From positions 6,076,001 to 6,140,000 of the forward strand of contig NW_026889805.1 in the NCBI RefSeq assembly GCF_033153115.1: DNA of 64,000 nucleotides, read 5' to 3'. The notes beneath the pieces are model-generated. The model did no database searches. It saw nothing but the letters and a program-made list of their open reading frames with translations, and was not told where the DNA came from. Shown in pieces: positions 37,072 to 50,900 of the stretch. The position numbers were made by a program, and so were the translations under genes. Each line of letters begins with the position of its first letter. Positions within the stretch are counted from its first letter, which is position 1. Origin of the DNA: Saccostrea echinata (Eukaryota).

Positions 37072-40000
37072 ATGATGCAGTTGTGGAGTACATTTTACTT
37101 TTTAATTTTGTCTCTGTTACATGTATTATTGATGGGAATTTCGGCTGGTAAGGATATTATGTCGAAATGCAATGTAGTTCACACTTTCTATTTTCAAATA
37201 TTACAATGTCGGTATTATAAAAAATATATATATAATCGATAATCAAAGATTAATAACGGTACTGACATCGTTTTTTTTGCTGACTGTATGAAATTATCTC
37301 AATCGTCTCCGTTTGACAATTATATTTGATTGGTTCATGTATCGCCACGATGGTAGGACGGATCATCAGATAGGGACTAATTGCACAAATGGGATAAAAA
37401 GATCATTTAACATATAATATCCAAATTTGGATATAAATTTACAATACAGAAAATGAAGAAAATATATTAAGAGATAAATACTATTTTTATAAAAATTGTA
37501 AATCCCCTACGTATACGTATACGTGTATATCAAAAGCAAACAGCTTTTGCTTGATAAGTTTTAGCTCACCTGAGCCAAAGGCTCAAGTGAGCTTTCCTGA
37601 CGGAAGAGCGTTCAGCGTCTGTCTGTTGTGTGTAAACTTTTCACATCCCTTTCAGCAGTGTTCAGGCCTTTGAACTCAAAGATACCACAGAGTCTGACAC
37701 ATCTGTTTCATATTTGGATATTTTACTTGAAAAAGACATTAATGGCAAAATCACAGCAAAACTTTATGATAAGTATGATGACTTCAACTTTCTATCATTA
37801 ACTTCCCTTATTTTTGTAGCAATATACCATTATCACCTGCTATGGAGTTTATGTCTCCCAGTTGATTCGATACACAACAGCATGTTCTATGTATGAACAA
37901 TTTCTAAAATGAGGCAAGCTGCTGACAAATAAGGTGATGAAACAACGATATCAAGTCTTGTTTAAAGTCAACATTTCTATGTTCAATACAATGATACAAT
38001 GACCTTGTTAGCAAATGCAATCTATCATTAAATCAAATGTTGATGTAAGTTTTTCATACAAATTGTTAGGCCATTAATGTTCAAGCTGAATTGTCTTCAG
38101 AATTTTCTGTTTGCTGCATCATGACAAGGAGTGCAGGTTGAGTGTGACAGGTCGACAGGAGATGCTTACTCCTCCATGGCACCTAATCCCACCTCTGATG
38201 CTTTTAGAGGTCTATGTTTGCTCTGCTCCCAATTTGTATTGTTGTATATAGCCTCTTTTGCTAAACAACTTTAGGCTGTCAGAACATGGGGTGCATTTGG
38301 TGTAACACAATAAAGAATGAGGGTACTTTTGATTTGGATTTGGCACATGATATTTTGGTATTCTATTGATGAATTGGGTTCTTGTGATATAGGAAAGGGA
38401 AATATTTTACTGATATCATGTTTCAGTTTTCTAAAATATGCCTTAAATATGGCTAGATGAGTCATTTGGTACAAAATGTTTACATTTTTACACAAAGCTT
38501 GCTATAATATTTTATGTTTACTTAAAAAAGCTGGTTTCATATTGTCTCGTCAGTGACTTCTGGGTTAATCTTTGCAATAAAATTAATACCTATGACAAAG
38601 CAAATGTCTTGTTGATTTACCAAGACCAAGAAATTATGGAGAGTAATTGTGTTATAAATCCAGACTTGTAAGTTTGTAAATCCGAACATGCAGTTGTATC
38701 AATTTCATAGTTAGACATGTAAGTAGGTAATTCCAACATATTAGCATGTAGTTTTGAATATAGTCATACAACTGTGTCTGTTTGAGTTTATACTATAAAT
38801 GTATGTATTTTTAGCTCTTCTGAGCCATAGGCTCAGAGAGCTAATGCTGTGGCCATTTGTGCGGTTTGCATAAACTTTTTAGAATATGGGCCATAACTCA
38901 AGAACCCCGTGGCCAATAATTGTCAAATTTGTCGCAGGGTATCCTTGGCCCAATGGCTCTCATTTTTACTAAAACTAGGGTTGTGACCCTTAAACAAGGG
39001 GAGATAATTAGGTACTGTGGAATCATCATTGTTCGTGGGGGATCAATGTTCGTGGATTTCACGGGTGACCCTTATCCACGAATTTACATCCCCACGAACA
39101 ATTTTTTGTCAACGTAATGATTAATTAAATCTACCAAATAAACGAGCTGCCCATGAAATTATATCCCCATGAATCAATAAAGTTTTGCTTGCCCATGAAC
39201 ATTGACCCCCGCAAATTTAAATGATTCCACAGTAAATAAAACCAAAAGTACTAGTTGCTAAAAAATCTTCTCAAGAACCACTGGGCAGATTATAACCAAA
39301 CTTACACAAAAGGATGAGGATATGTTGTAGATTAAAATTTGCACGGAGAATTGCCCTAGGGCAAAGGGCATGGTCTCAAGGTCACTTCAAAGTTGACCAA
39401 AAATTACATTTTATTAAAATGTTGATATTTTGCTTACTATAAGGACTAAGATCATCAAATCTTGTCAGTTGATGCATCTAAGGACCTCATTGTTGACTCA
39501 AAAGACAGTCACGGTGACCTACTTTTAAAATTTTGCAGCAATTCTTCAAAATGATTTAGAGGCATATTTTGGACAATCTAAGGCCTATGATCATCAAACT
39601 TAGTCAGTTGATGCATCTTGGGTATTCAAAGTATGTCAACTAAAAAGTAGGTCACCTTGACCTACTTTTTGAATTCTATGGCTAATCTTTTTTAAAACAT
39701 TTAAGGTCATTAATTTAAATACTGAGAGGTTTAGAATCATTAAATCTTGTAAGATGATGCATCTTGGGGCCATAAAACATATTTATTAAAAAGTAGGTTG
39801 CAGTGACCTACTTTTTGAACTTTGCAGGCATTTGATTTCAAAGTCTTTTAGAGGCATATTTTGGAAATTTTAATTCCTATGATAAAACATATTTATTAAA
39901 TTCCTATGATCATTAAACTTTGTAAGTTGATGCATCTTGTGTCCCTGAAAAACGTCAACTGAAAAGTAGGTCACTGTGACCTACTTTTGAAATTTTATGG

Positions 40001-43000
40001 CTATATTCAGCGATTTTTTTCTACCCATTGGGAAAGGGTCCGGTACCGGTTCAATTGGGAACAAATAGCATTGAAGTAGAACAAAGGAGAATTTTCTTTC
40101 ATATAAACAAATGAAACGTATTTTGTGTTTATTCCAATCTCATTACCTATTACTCCATGTTTAAAAGAATAAACAACAAGTATTTATTATTTTTCATATC
40201 AATGTCCCTTGTTTTCGCATTTTCATGCTTTCAATTTGTCAAAATGTAAGACACTACGCTGTCTACAGATCCCGCCATATTACGACATCTCTACTTTCGA
40301 TTTCAGCGGAAGTGAAACAATTATAGTCAACTTGTACAACGTTTCATATAAAAAGAAATATGATGTCATCGTAGTCTGTTGCTTGGCAGTTGAATTGGGA
40401 ATTTTTAGTCTCAAAATTGGGAAAAATTAACGTTTTTTGGCATTGGGAATGGTACCGTTTATCGGTACCAGTTATGTAAGGAAAAAAACCGCTGTATATT
40501 TGAATATTTTAGGTACTATTTGGCTTAGAAACATCAAACTTCGTCAGTTGGTGTATCTTGGGTCCTCAGAGTAGGTCAACTGAAAAGTAGGTCACTGTGA
40601 CCTACTTTTTCAATTTATATGACTATAATTAAATATTTTGGGTACTAATTGGCTCAGAATCATCAAACTTTGTCAGTTGATGCATCTTGGGTCTTCGGAG
40701 TATGTCGACTGAAAAGTATGTCACTGTGACCTACTTTTGAAAATTTATGGCTTTGATTAAATATTTCAGGTACTAATTGGCTTAGAATCATCAAACTTTG
40801 TCAGTTGATGGTCTTGTTAATGTTGTAAAATTTGCTTTTCCGTCATTTCCGGCATGGATACTTAAGAATTTACTCCAATTTTACCCTGATTGATCAGTAT
40901 TGATATCATATTTGTACATTTCATCTACTTGTAGTAAACAAGACATTAAACTTGAATGTGTTTTTATATAGTTAACCTGTCATCTCAATGTCTATATGTT
41001 TTCCGGTATTCTATACAGCCGCGCTGTGATTAAATCACAGACAATTTATAAGTCTACAAATGTAAAGTCTACACTTTTGTTGAATATTGATAATGAGAAA
41101 CTTTGGAGGGATATAAGTGCCACAATTCTTTTTTAATGTTTATATTTTCTATTTTAATTTTAGCTTCTTGTTTAAAATTTCCAAATTTTATTGTTATTTA
41201 TCCTTAAACACTACCAAATACTAGAATAGTGATGCTGTCATACAAATGTACATGTCCCCAAACTTTGGACAATCAGACAATTTAAAGTAGTTGATGCAAA
41301 GACAAATTTAAGGTGGGCAAAATCAGATTCTCTCCGCAGAATGATGACAAAGGGACATAGTTATTGTTAACAACTATTTTTCTACAGAGTAGCTCTACTT
41401 GATACTGATATGGCTGTAGTCATAGCACATCAGTAGAAAATCAATTTGTAAAATTAAAAACAAAGCAACAATCCCAGCCAAGACTGGTCCTTAAAGGTTA
41501 AGAGTGGTTACATGTACTACTTAACCATGAGCTTACAATTCTACATTCTGTTATTACAACGTCCATTGCAGCTGATTGTCCTGCTGGTGAGGTACCATGT
41601 CTTGATGGAGTGGGATGTGTCAGCAGAATTAAAATATGTGATGGCATATCACAGTGTCTGGACCAATCAGATGAACTCTTCTGTCTAAAGAGTAAAGGTA
41701 AAATAGTGATTTAAGCTAGTAAGCCTCATTTTCAATTATGTTTTGGCAAAAAATGAGACATGGTTGGAATTTTCCACTTTAAATGGTACATTCTTTGATG
41801 GATAACAGATTGAAGCCTCAAAGCAGGAGAATGCTCACTGGAAGCTCTGCATCCAAGAAAAAAAATGCAAGGATGATAAACACCTCAGTGTATGCTCTGG
41901 ATGCATGTGATGTCTTCCATTGAATGTGGCTGGCCAGGGACATCATTCATCCTTCTGTCTTTTTTTTTTTCTGTCTGTCACAAACTGTTCAAGATATTTA
42001 TTGAAAATTCATACCCTGATGTATGTACTTATTGATGAGAGTTATTCAACTGTGACATAATTATCTGACCTTAACCTTTACTGTGATCTTGACCTCACTA
42101 TTACCTATTTTGTGTTTAATCTCGGTTTCAAAATAACTATTTCAAGATATTTTATTGATACTCATATGCTGATATATATTGGTGGGAGGTGTTCAACTGT
42201 GTCATAATTACATTAATTTTTCATGTAGCTGATGATGATGTGTTCTTTTAGGGATTATACAGTTCTTAGTACAAACAATAAAAATGCTTTCTCTCACGTC
42301 AGTACGGGAATCACTGTTGCAACATTAATTCCCGTACTAGCAAAGAAAAGACATTTTATTGTTTATAATTGTATAAATATTAAATAACCATACAAAGTAA
42401 AATTAAGTATGTTTTATTATTGATATTTATGTCATTGTATGTTTCATTGATGGAAGGGTCGCTGCTCAGCAAATCTTTACAGGTGGCTTGCTTAGTGGCA
42501 TTTACTGATTGATAAACGACTGTGGTTTTTATAATAAATAAAGGACATACAATGTAACACACTGAAGGTAATATATTTCCTTTAGCTGATGATCCACTCT
42601 GCGATGAGAACCAGTTTGTGTGCTTCAATGGTGAAAACTGCATATCAAGGACACTGGTTTGTGACGATGCCCATGACTGCTCCGATAGGTCTGATGAGGA
42701 TATCTGTGGTAATTAACTTTTTTTAAAGATAAGAATATAAAATTTTTGATTTTTAAACTTGCTTTGTGAAAAAAATTTACAACAGTACACTGATAAATCT
42801 TTGTTAAAAAATGTACAACACTGGTCAATCTGTTATGAAGTAGATCTATATAAGCATATTGACAGGAGCATAGAGAAATGTACCGGTACTAATTATAGCC
42901 CCAGGAAACAAAGTTTGGGGGTATATAGGAATCGTGTTGTCTGTCCGTCCTTGCAATCTTGTCTGGGCTATAACTTTGTAATGGAGAATCAGCGGAAGCT

Positions 43001-46000
43001 CGTACTTGGTATAAAGAATTTGATTATGACCCGAGAGTTTGTTTTGACCTTCATTCATGTTCATTCTGGCAAGTTCAAGGTCACTGGCAGAAAAAGTGTA
43101 AAATTCTTTTCTAGGATATAACTTTGTGATGGAGAATCATTAGAAGCTCATTCCTGGTACATGTACTAAGATAATTTATGACCTTGATCCTAGGTCATTT
43201 TGGCTGTTACTTTTTAATGGTGATTCATGGGAAGGTCATTCAGTACAAAGGTTATTTAAGACCTGAGAGTGTAGCATAACCTTGAAACAAGATCATAGTA
43301 ACAAGCCCAAGGTCACTGGCAGAAAAATAATGAAATTTATGACAGGTCTATAATTTTTTAATGGAAAAACATTGGATGTCCATATTTCACTCAAAGATTT
43401 ATATATATATATAACCAGAGGATGCATCATTTTTTTAAACCAAGGTCATTTTGACAGGTCTATAATTTTTTAATGGAAAAACATTGGATGTCCATATTTC
43501 ACTCAAAGATTTATATATATATATATATAACCAGAGGATGCATCATTTTTTTAAACCAAGGTCATTTTGGCAAGTTCAAAATCACACTTACAAAATTGCA
43601 AATACTGTATAATTATCATTGTTTGTGGGGGACCAATGTTCATGGATTTTGTGGATCACCTTTACCCATGAATTTACATCCCCATGAACATTTATTTTGT
43701 AAACATATTGATTCATTGAATCTATCTTATAAACAAGTGGCCACGAAATTACGTCCCCACAAACAAGTAAAATTTTGCTTGGCCATGAACATTGACCCCC
43801 ACAAATTAAAATGATTCCACAGTAGACACATTAAAAAAATGCAGGGAGAGGTATTATTTTGTGAGCTCACTCACAGCACCTCTAGTTAGAATAGAATTAA
43901 ATGTACATTTTTTTAGTTCTTCAACTATTAACAGATCCCCATGAACAATGTAAAAAGGAAGGACTATATCTGTGTCGGAACAATCAGCAATGTCTGAACA
44001 CCAGTAGACTGTGTGACGGCAAACCGGACTGTCGAGACGCCACAGACGAGGGCGGTCAGTGTGGTAAGGTTTTCTATCTGGACCTTACTGTTCTGGAACC
44101 CATGAAGTAAAATTAACTTTAGTCCTTTTCACAATCAGATTTCTCAAAAGGTACAAATCAAGAAAAAAGATAATGAAGAGGTACTGGAAAACATATCTAT
44201 GTTTTAGTCAAATGTGATCAATGTTAGTAAGTACTTGCAAGATCCATGTACCTTTAGTAAGTATATGTGTATTAAGCAATTTAACCTCACTAAAAGATCT
44301 TGATGAAACCCAGTGATGTAAATCTAGGGGTTGGATTTTGCATTTCATGGTCAGGTTAATAAATGGGTGATCATGATAAATTTATGAATTCAAGCTACAA
44401 CATTTGGATGCTGTGATGATGTATACAAGTAAGGTTTTCTGAACAAAGTTTGCTCAACATCCCTCTGTCAATCCATATCTGTAATATTTAGGGATGTCAA
44501 AATATTTATTTTCCTTAGTCGATTATTCGTTTGCATTATTCGAACGATAGTCGAATGTTCAGAACATTTTCTGAAAATAAAATTTTATTTCAAACTTCAC
44601 TGATACATGACGTATTTATAACTCAAAAACCTTTTTACTTAAATCTATTTAAGAAGTAACATCAAAACTAATGCAACGTATCGCATGATTACAATATGTA
44701 TATGAAATAAATTAAGAAACCCAATACTCTAAAATGTATGATTTCCCTGTCAATCGAATTCATAATACCGTCTGTACATGTAGTCAGTGTTTATTTTAGT
44801 GAGTATTGCCGATATTTTTTTTACAATTTAAAGTTTATTAGATTGCTCTGGCTATGAAAATGTCCTTAACAGTTTAGAATGAACGTGAATTGTTTTAATA
44901 ATTATCGAAGAGTCAAAACACGACACAGTTATGGTTTGTTCATTTCTTTTGAGCAATCTTATAACAACAAAAGATAATTGGTAAATGGTATAAGGTCAAG
45001 TCCAATTAATAATTTTACAAACAAAGCTCAGTATATTGGTGGGTGATTTATTTAAATGACAAAGGCAGTTACTGACAATTAATTCTCGCAGTAGTGAAGC
45101 ACTTATAATTACTGTACTTTCTATACATACAATGTACATGGAAAATCAAATGTTTTTTTAGCTCTTTTTGGTGAGGAAAATTTTTTTATCGACTGTCTCT
45201 GAGGAAAGACGGTTTCACAATTTTGTGACGAGGATTTCATCACTCTTTTATTGCATTTATTAAATTTTAATAATATTCGAATGTCGTTTCATTATTCGAT
45301 CGTCGGTTCATTCGACTGATAGTCGAATAGTCAACTATTCGTTGACATCCCTAGTAATATTATACATTTATTGACTGGGTTCAAGGGCAACATGCGTTTT
45401 TGCGGACCCAAGAACCAAACTGTTTGCCTGAGGCCGTTTGCCTGAGAACACAGTCAATAAATGTTTTGTTATACCTTTTACTTATTTATTTTATTATTAT
45501 TTTTTTGACATGTATGTCGAACACCAACAAATGCAAATGAGATTTAGCTGACCCCGCCCATTATGTGACGTAAGTGGTCGACAGGTCCAATATCTCACTC
45601 TGCGGTCAAACATCGATTTTTTTATGCCCACTCAGTAAAACATTAGAAATGTTAGACTCTTTTGATATTGATTTATATAGGAACAAATTTTTAAAGGTAT
45701 AACAATGCCTTTTGTTGGCATTTTACATTTTTTCAACTTCTCAAAAATCATTAAACCAATATCAACTTAACTTGACATAAAGAATCCTTTGATGGAGATT
45801 CAAGTTTGTTGAAACAGTCATGCCCCCTCCCAAAGAGAAGTAAAAAAATAATAAATTATAGAATAATCTTAATATGTTAGCATTCTCATTTAGAGTAGAT
45901 TAATATTTGGTCTAATATCTTGCCTCAGGACTAGGGTGGGGCCACAGTGGAGGATAAAATTGAAATTATCACAGAAAAAATCTGTCTTCTGAAGAACTTT

Positions 46001-47926
46001 ATGAGTACAGAGGATAGAGTCAGGAAATAGATAAAAAGTAGAAGCATATGATATTTGTTTCTGAGTTGATAATTTTTTGATGATTGATGTTCATGATTTA
46101 TTGGAGAATAATGTCCTCAGCATTTCTTTGATCTCAACAATATAACTGTAGTAGAATAGAAGACAAAGCTTTAAGGCATATAGGGAAACATATATATCTA
46201 AAAATCTTCTCAAAAGCAACAGGTCCACAATTAGTCAAATTATATGGAAGTTCTAATGTCCCATGGATTCACGTTTGCTTACATCATGGTCCTTGGGACT
46301 TGGGTTGAACAACAACAGGAATAAAAATTAAATTTTACATTGGATTTTATGTAGAAATCTTAACAAATGTCCTTCTACAGAACAGCAAGGTATAAACAGT
46401 CAAACTTATATAATAGCAGGGTTTGACACTGGTAGCCCACTAACCCAATACAATGAAAATTGAAGTCGGTCTACTAAACTAGTATGTTTGCTCTACAGAA
46501 CTAATGACATTTGATATACATGTACATGTACCACACAGTCACTGAAAGCAGTTGTAAAGACTTATTCAAGAAATTAATAGCATATTCTGAATTTTTTGTG
46601 AGTTTAAAATACTGTTTGAATTGTTGCTGTCAAATGAGACTGTCAAACTTTGTTATGGCCTTACTTATTGTTTTCATCCAATCTATCAGTAAATCTTGCT
46701 TGCATCTTCATCATTTAAGTGTTTGAAACTAATTTCTTAGAACAAAGGATAAAAGAGGACACTGCAATTATCTGGGGTAAATGTCTCATGATTGGTTACA
46801 GAGGAGGCCAGGACAGAGTGCGATTCTGGGAAATGTCACCACATCTGTGTAACATCTCCTACTGGAGCCACCTGTAAATGCAATCCTGGATTCCATAAAC
46901 TGAAGAACCACACATGCATAGGTACTGTGTATGAAATTTGTAATTGTATTAAAGAAAACCACAGCTAAAGATTCAATCTGCTACTGTTTATTTTAATTGA
47001 AAGAAAAGTGTTTCAAATAATGTGCTCATTATGACAGCAAGTTTTGCCCTCTCCACTTTTTTAAAGAATATGAGACTTTATAATTCATCAAATGTTATAA
47101 TTAAAAAAAAAAAAATAAGAAATCACTTAGTATATAAATTCTGCTTGCAATATCATAAGATATGCAGTACAAAGTATAGTGTTACAGATACTGATGAATG
47201 TGAGGACAATGAACCACCATTGTGCAGTCATGTATGTCGGAACACTCCTGGTGGTTACGCATGCTCCTGTTACCATGGTTACAGGCTCACAGACGAAGGG
47301 AAGTGCAGGGTTGAAGGTAAAAATCTGATATGCTTATCTTAAAGGGTATTTATCATGTTTCTGATGTTTTTTTAAAATTGAATATATTTATATTCTTGTT
47401 ACATATTATTATCATTTTATCATTTAATAGCATGAAAAAGTCATAATTAGGAGAGGAAAAAAATGCCAAAAATTAAGAGTCCTTGCAGTAAAAATCTTCA
47501 CTAATTAGATAGCATGTCTAAATGACAGTAAAATGTCATTTGTCAATTCTTAAGACTAAATGCATCAAACAGATCTGGCATTAAACAATTTCCTATACAG
47601 TATGGATAGTGGAAACTGTAACATTGAGGATAATTCTTTGGCAATGGTCATGTGTCCATCAGTCTGTCTGTCTGTAAACAATTTTCAAAACACTACTCCT
47701 CCAACAGTTTAATTTCAATATAACTTGATACATAAGTAGATTACACTAAGATACATAATTCTGTGTATCAGTTTTTTGATTTCAATGAACAGTGTTGTCA
47801 TGGTTACTAAAAATAGAGATTTCTTGGAAATACTTTCAAAACCCTACTCCTCTTACAGTTTTAGTCTGATTTCAGTATAACTTGGCACACAAGTAGACTA
47901 CACAAGATACAATAATTCTCTATCAA

Positions 47927-47973
<47 letters not shown>

Positions 47974-50900
47974 CGTCGTCCGTCTGTAAACTTAGTGGAA
48001 TTTTTCTATGGAGAATTATTTTTCACCAACAACCAGAAATATTTTTTAACATAACAACTGGACCAAGCGATTTTAATTTTCTAGCAAAAAATTTTATTAA
48101 TAAAATTATGATTTAATTTAGCATCTTTACTTTTTATATCAAAATTTTTTGAAATATTGTGATAAAAATCATTTAAGTTTATAAAACTAATTTAATTACT
48201 GTAAACCAACTATTATTCATGATTTGTTAGCCATAATTGATCCTTGACTATTTATTTTCCCAATCAAGGAAACATTCTTTATAAATACAGAATTAAATAC
48301 TTAGTGATTGGTTTGCCATTGGAGATATTTATGAATAGAAGAAGGTTTCAATGCTTGCAGATATTTCTCAGATGTAAATAAAAGCTGCTTTACAGTTGTC
48401 AATAGTTTTAAATTTTAAAGAAAATTTATGTACAAGTACTTTTTGTTCATCAATGAACAGCTGTGTATTTCATCTTGTTTCATTAGTTATGTTAATGTCA
48501 GCTTTATTATATCCAGGATCTCCTCCTGTCTTTCTACTGGCTCATGATGGTGAAATCCGTGGGTATGAAGTGTTTCAGAATAGATCATTACCTGTCCTCA
48601 CAGAAGATGCTAAATTGTATGCAAAAGATCAAGATGACATCAAAAGTATGGGTGAGTCAGTATTTTTATGTGAAGTGTCAGAGTACATTTTGCCCGAAAT
48701 TCATAAAAAATTTATACATGTGAAAAAAAAGTTCAAAAACACCAAGTGAATTAATTCCTTTAATTTCAATAATGTTTTTTTTCATTTGTTAGCTTTAGGA
48801 CCAAATCAGGTGCTGTATTTCAGTGACACGGGTCATCAGAAGATTTATTCCTCTGACTTGAATGGGGACTGGAAGGCACACAAACATGAAGTTATTAACA
48901 TGGGTAGGACTATATTGCATCAGATTTTAGGACCTACTCAGCAGGTGCCCTATAGTGATCAGTCTGTCTATCCATTCCTCTGTCCATCCTATTTCATTTG
49001 TTCAGAGTATATCGATCATCTCTTCTTTGGCTCAGTCAAGCTCAAACTTCACCCATAGAATGCATGTGGGTAGAGGCTATGCAGTGATTTCTAGATCAAA
49101 TGTCAAGATCAAAAAACAGATATATCTCTTTGTAAATTCCTTGTCTGGAGCATTTTTCCCCTTGACCCAGTTGGGTTCATACATCACCCATAGAGTACCT
49201 GTGGTTAGAGGTTGTGTTGACCTTGAAACAGTTTTCAAGGTCCAAGGTCAAGATAAAAATCTCTTTTTGTAAATCCTTATCTAGAGCCTATTTTCTCTCC
49301 CTTTGGCCCTTTGCTCAAACTCCACTCATAGATTGCCTGTGGGTAGAGGATGTAACGGAGTGTCCTTGAGCCAAGTTTCTAGGTAAGTGTTCAAGAGCTG
49401 CACCTCCTTAATCTCTTAAGAATATAATAGCTATAATGTTTACCTACATACAGGGACCTGTCTTGATGATGAATTTACAACTCATCAATAACTCGACGAT
49501 CTTTAACCACAGAAAATAAAACTAGGCTTAAGATAGAAAGAAATAAGATACTGAACAAGAGGAATATAATTCAATGTGTTAATTTTCTCTATATGTGCAC
49601 TCTGACTCAATAGATCTGAAATCACGAAACTGTTAATAATAATATTTAAATTTATATATTTAAAGGTCAACACATACAAGTGAAAAAATTACATGTTTAT
49701 ATTTGCACAGATTCGGAAACCAAAAATTAAGTTCCATAGAGAAAATATGAAAAATTGTACAAATTTTCATTTAGTGGACCTAATAAGCTCTTTAAAAGAG
49801 CAAGAACAAAATAGTGTAATGGGATAAATGCTTCATTTTTGTGTATTGAAAAAAAACAAGTCATAACTACACTTAGTTATACAGAGGAAGTAGAGCCATC
49901 ACTGAAATCAAGAAATGAAGCAATGATTTTTTTTCCAGGCCTGAAGAACCCTGAGGGAATTGAAGTGGACTGGACTACTGGACATCTGTATGTAGCGGAC
50001 AGTGGTAGGGGGGAAATTTTGGCCTGTCTGGGGGACGGGGAGATGTGCACTAGTGTGGTATCTTACATTCATCATCCCAAAGCTCTAGTTATTGACCAGA
50101 AAAACAGGTAAAGGAATGTATTTATTTCATATCAAAGAATTGCTTCCTATGTTTGATTATTTTGGAATTTTTAATTTTACTTAAACTCATTACTTTACTA
50201 ATATTTTTTAAAACCCACAATACTCTTATTATTTCATATTGTCTATGGCACTTATTTTATTGACATCATAATTTGGACACAAAACTTAAGTAATTAAGAC
50301 CTGATTATAACCATTTACATATGATAGCAGGGCTTTGAAACTTTTTCTTTATCATGAAATATTGTTGAGAGCAGAAGAAAGTCATAAAAAGCAGAAGTAC
50401 TTTTATTTCAAAATTCAATGGTTTCAAACACATTTGTTTGTCGAATGTTATACTAGATGTTATACTGGACTGCTGTCTGTTTTCTGCTGCTTCCTGTGTC
50501 CCTATCTTAGTGGGGATTAGGGACTTTTCTTTCGTCTATTTCCTTCATAGCTTCTTCCATTTCATCCTCATTTTCTTGGTCATATTCCCCACTATCTTCA
50601 GGGCTATACTGGCACCACTTTGGACACTTCTTTCCCAGGCAGAGCAGTATGGATATTTTATTTACAAAATGGTGGCAGTTGTTTGTGTAGAAACCGTAAT
50701 TGCCAAACTTGTCTACATAGTGTTTGATGCAGCTTTTGATACAACCCCTACTTAGTCTTGTGTAACCTGCTGGACGTTTTTCTTTTGTCATGGTACACAC
50801 ATTGCCGAGGTTTGGGTAGTCGTATTTAACAAGAGCAGCATCACGTCCAACACGGTTTCCAAATTCTAGGTACATACCATCAATATAGATCCAACGATGG

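Larger units (their letters stand above)
38809..40815. mobile_element. HINE-like element with ~120-bp tandem units containing the palindrome aaaagtaggtcac-n-gtgacctactttt; hosts nested MITEs
   Basis: Starts with the hairpin tagctcttctgagcc...ggctcagagagcta. Repeated catcaaactttgtcagttgatg units follow. The same units recur at ~57410-58990. Confidence 0.7.
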
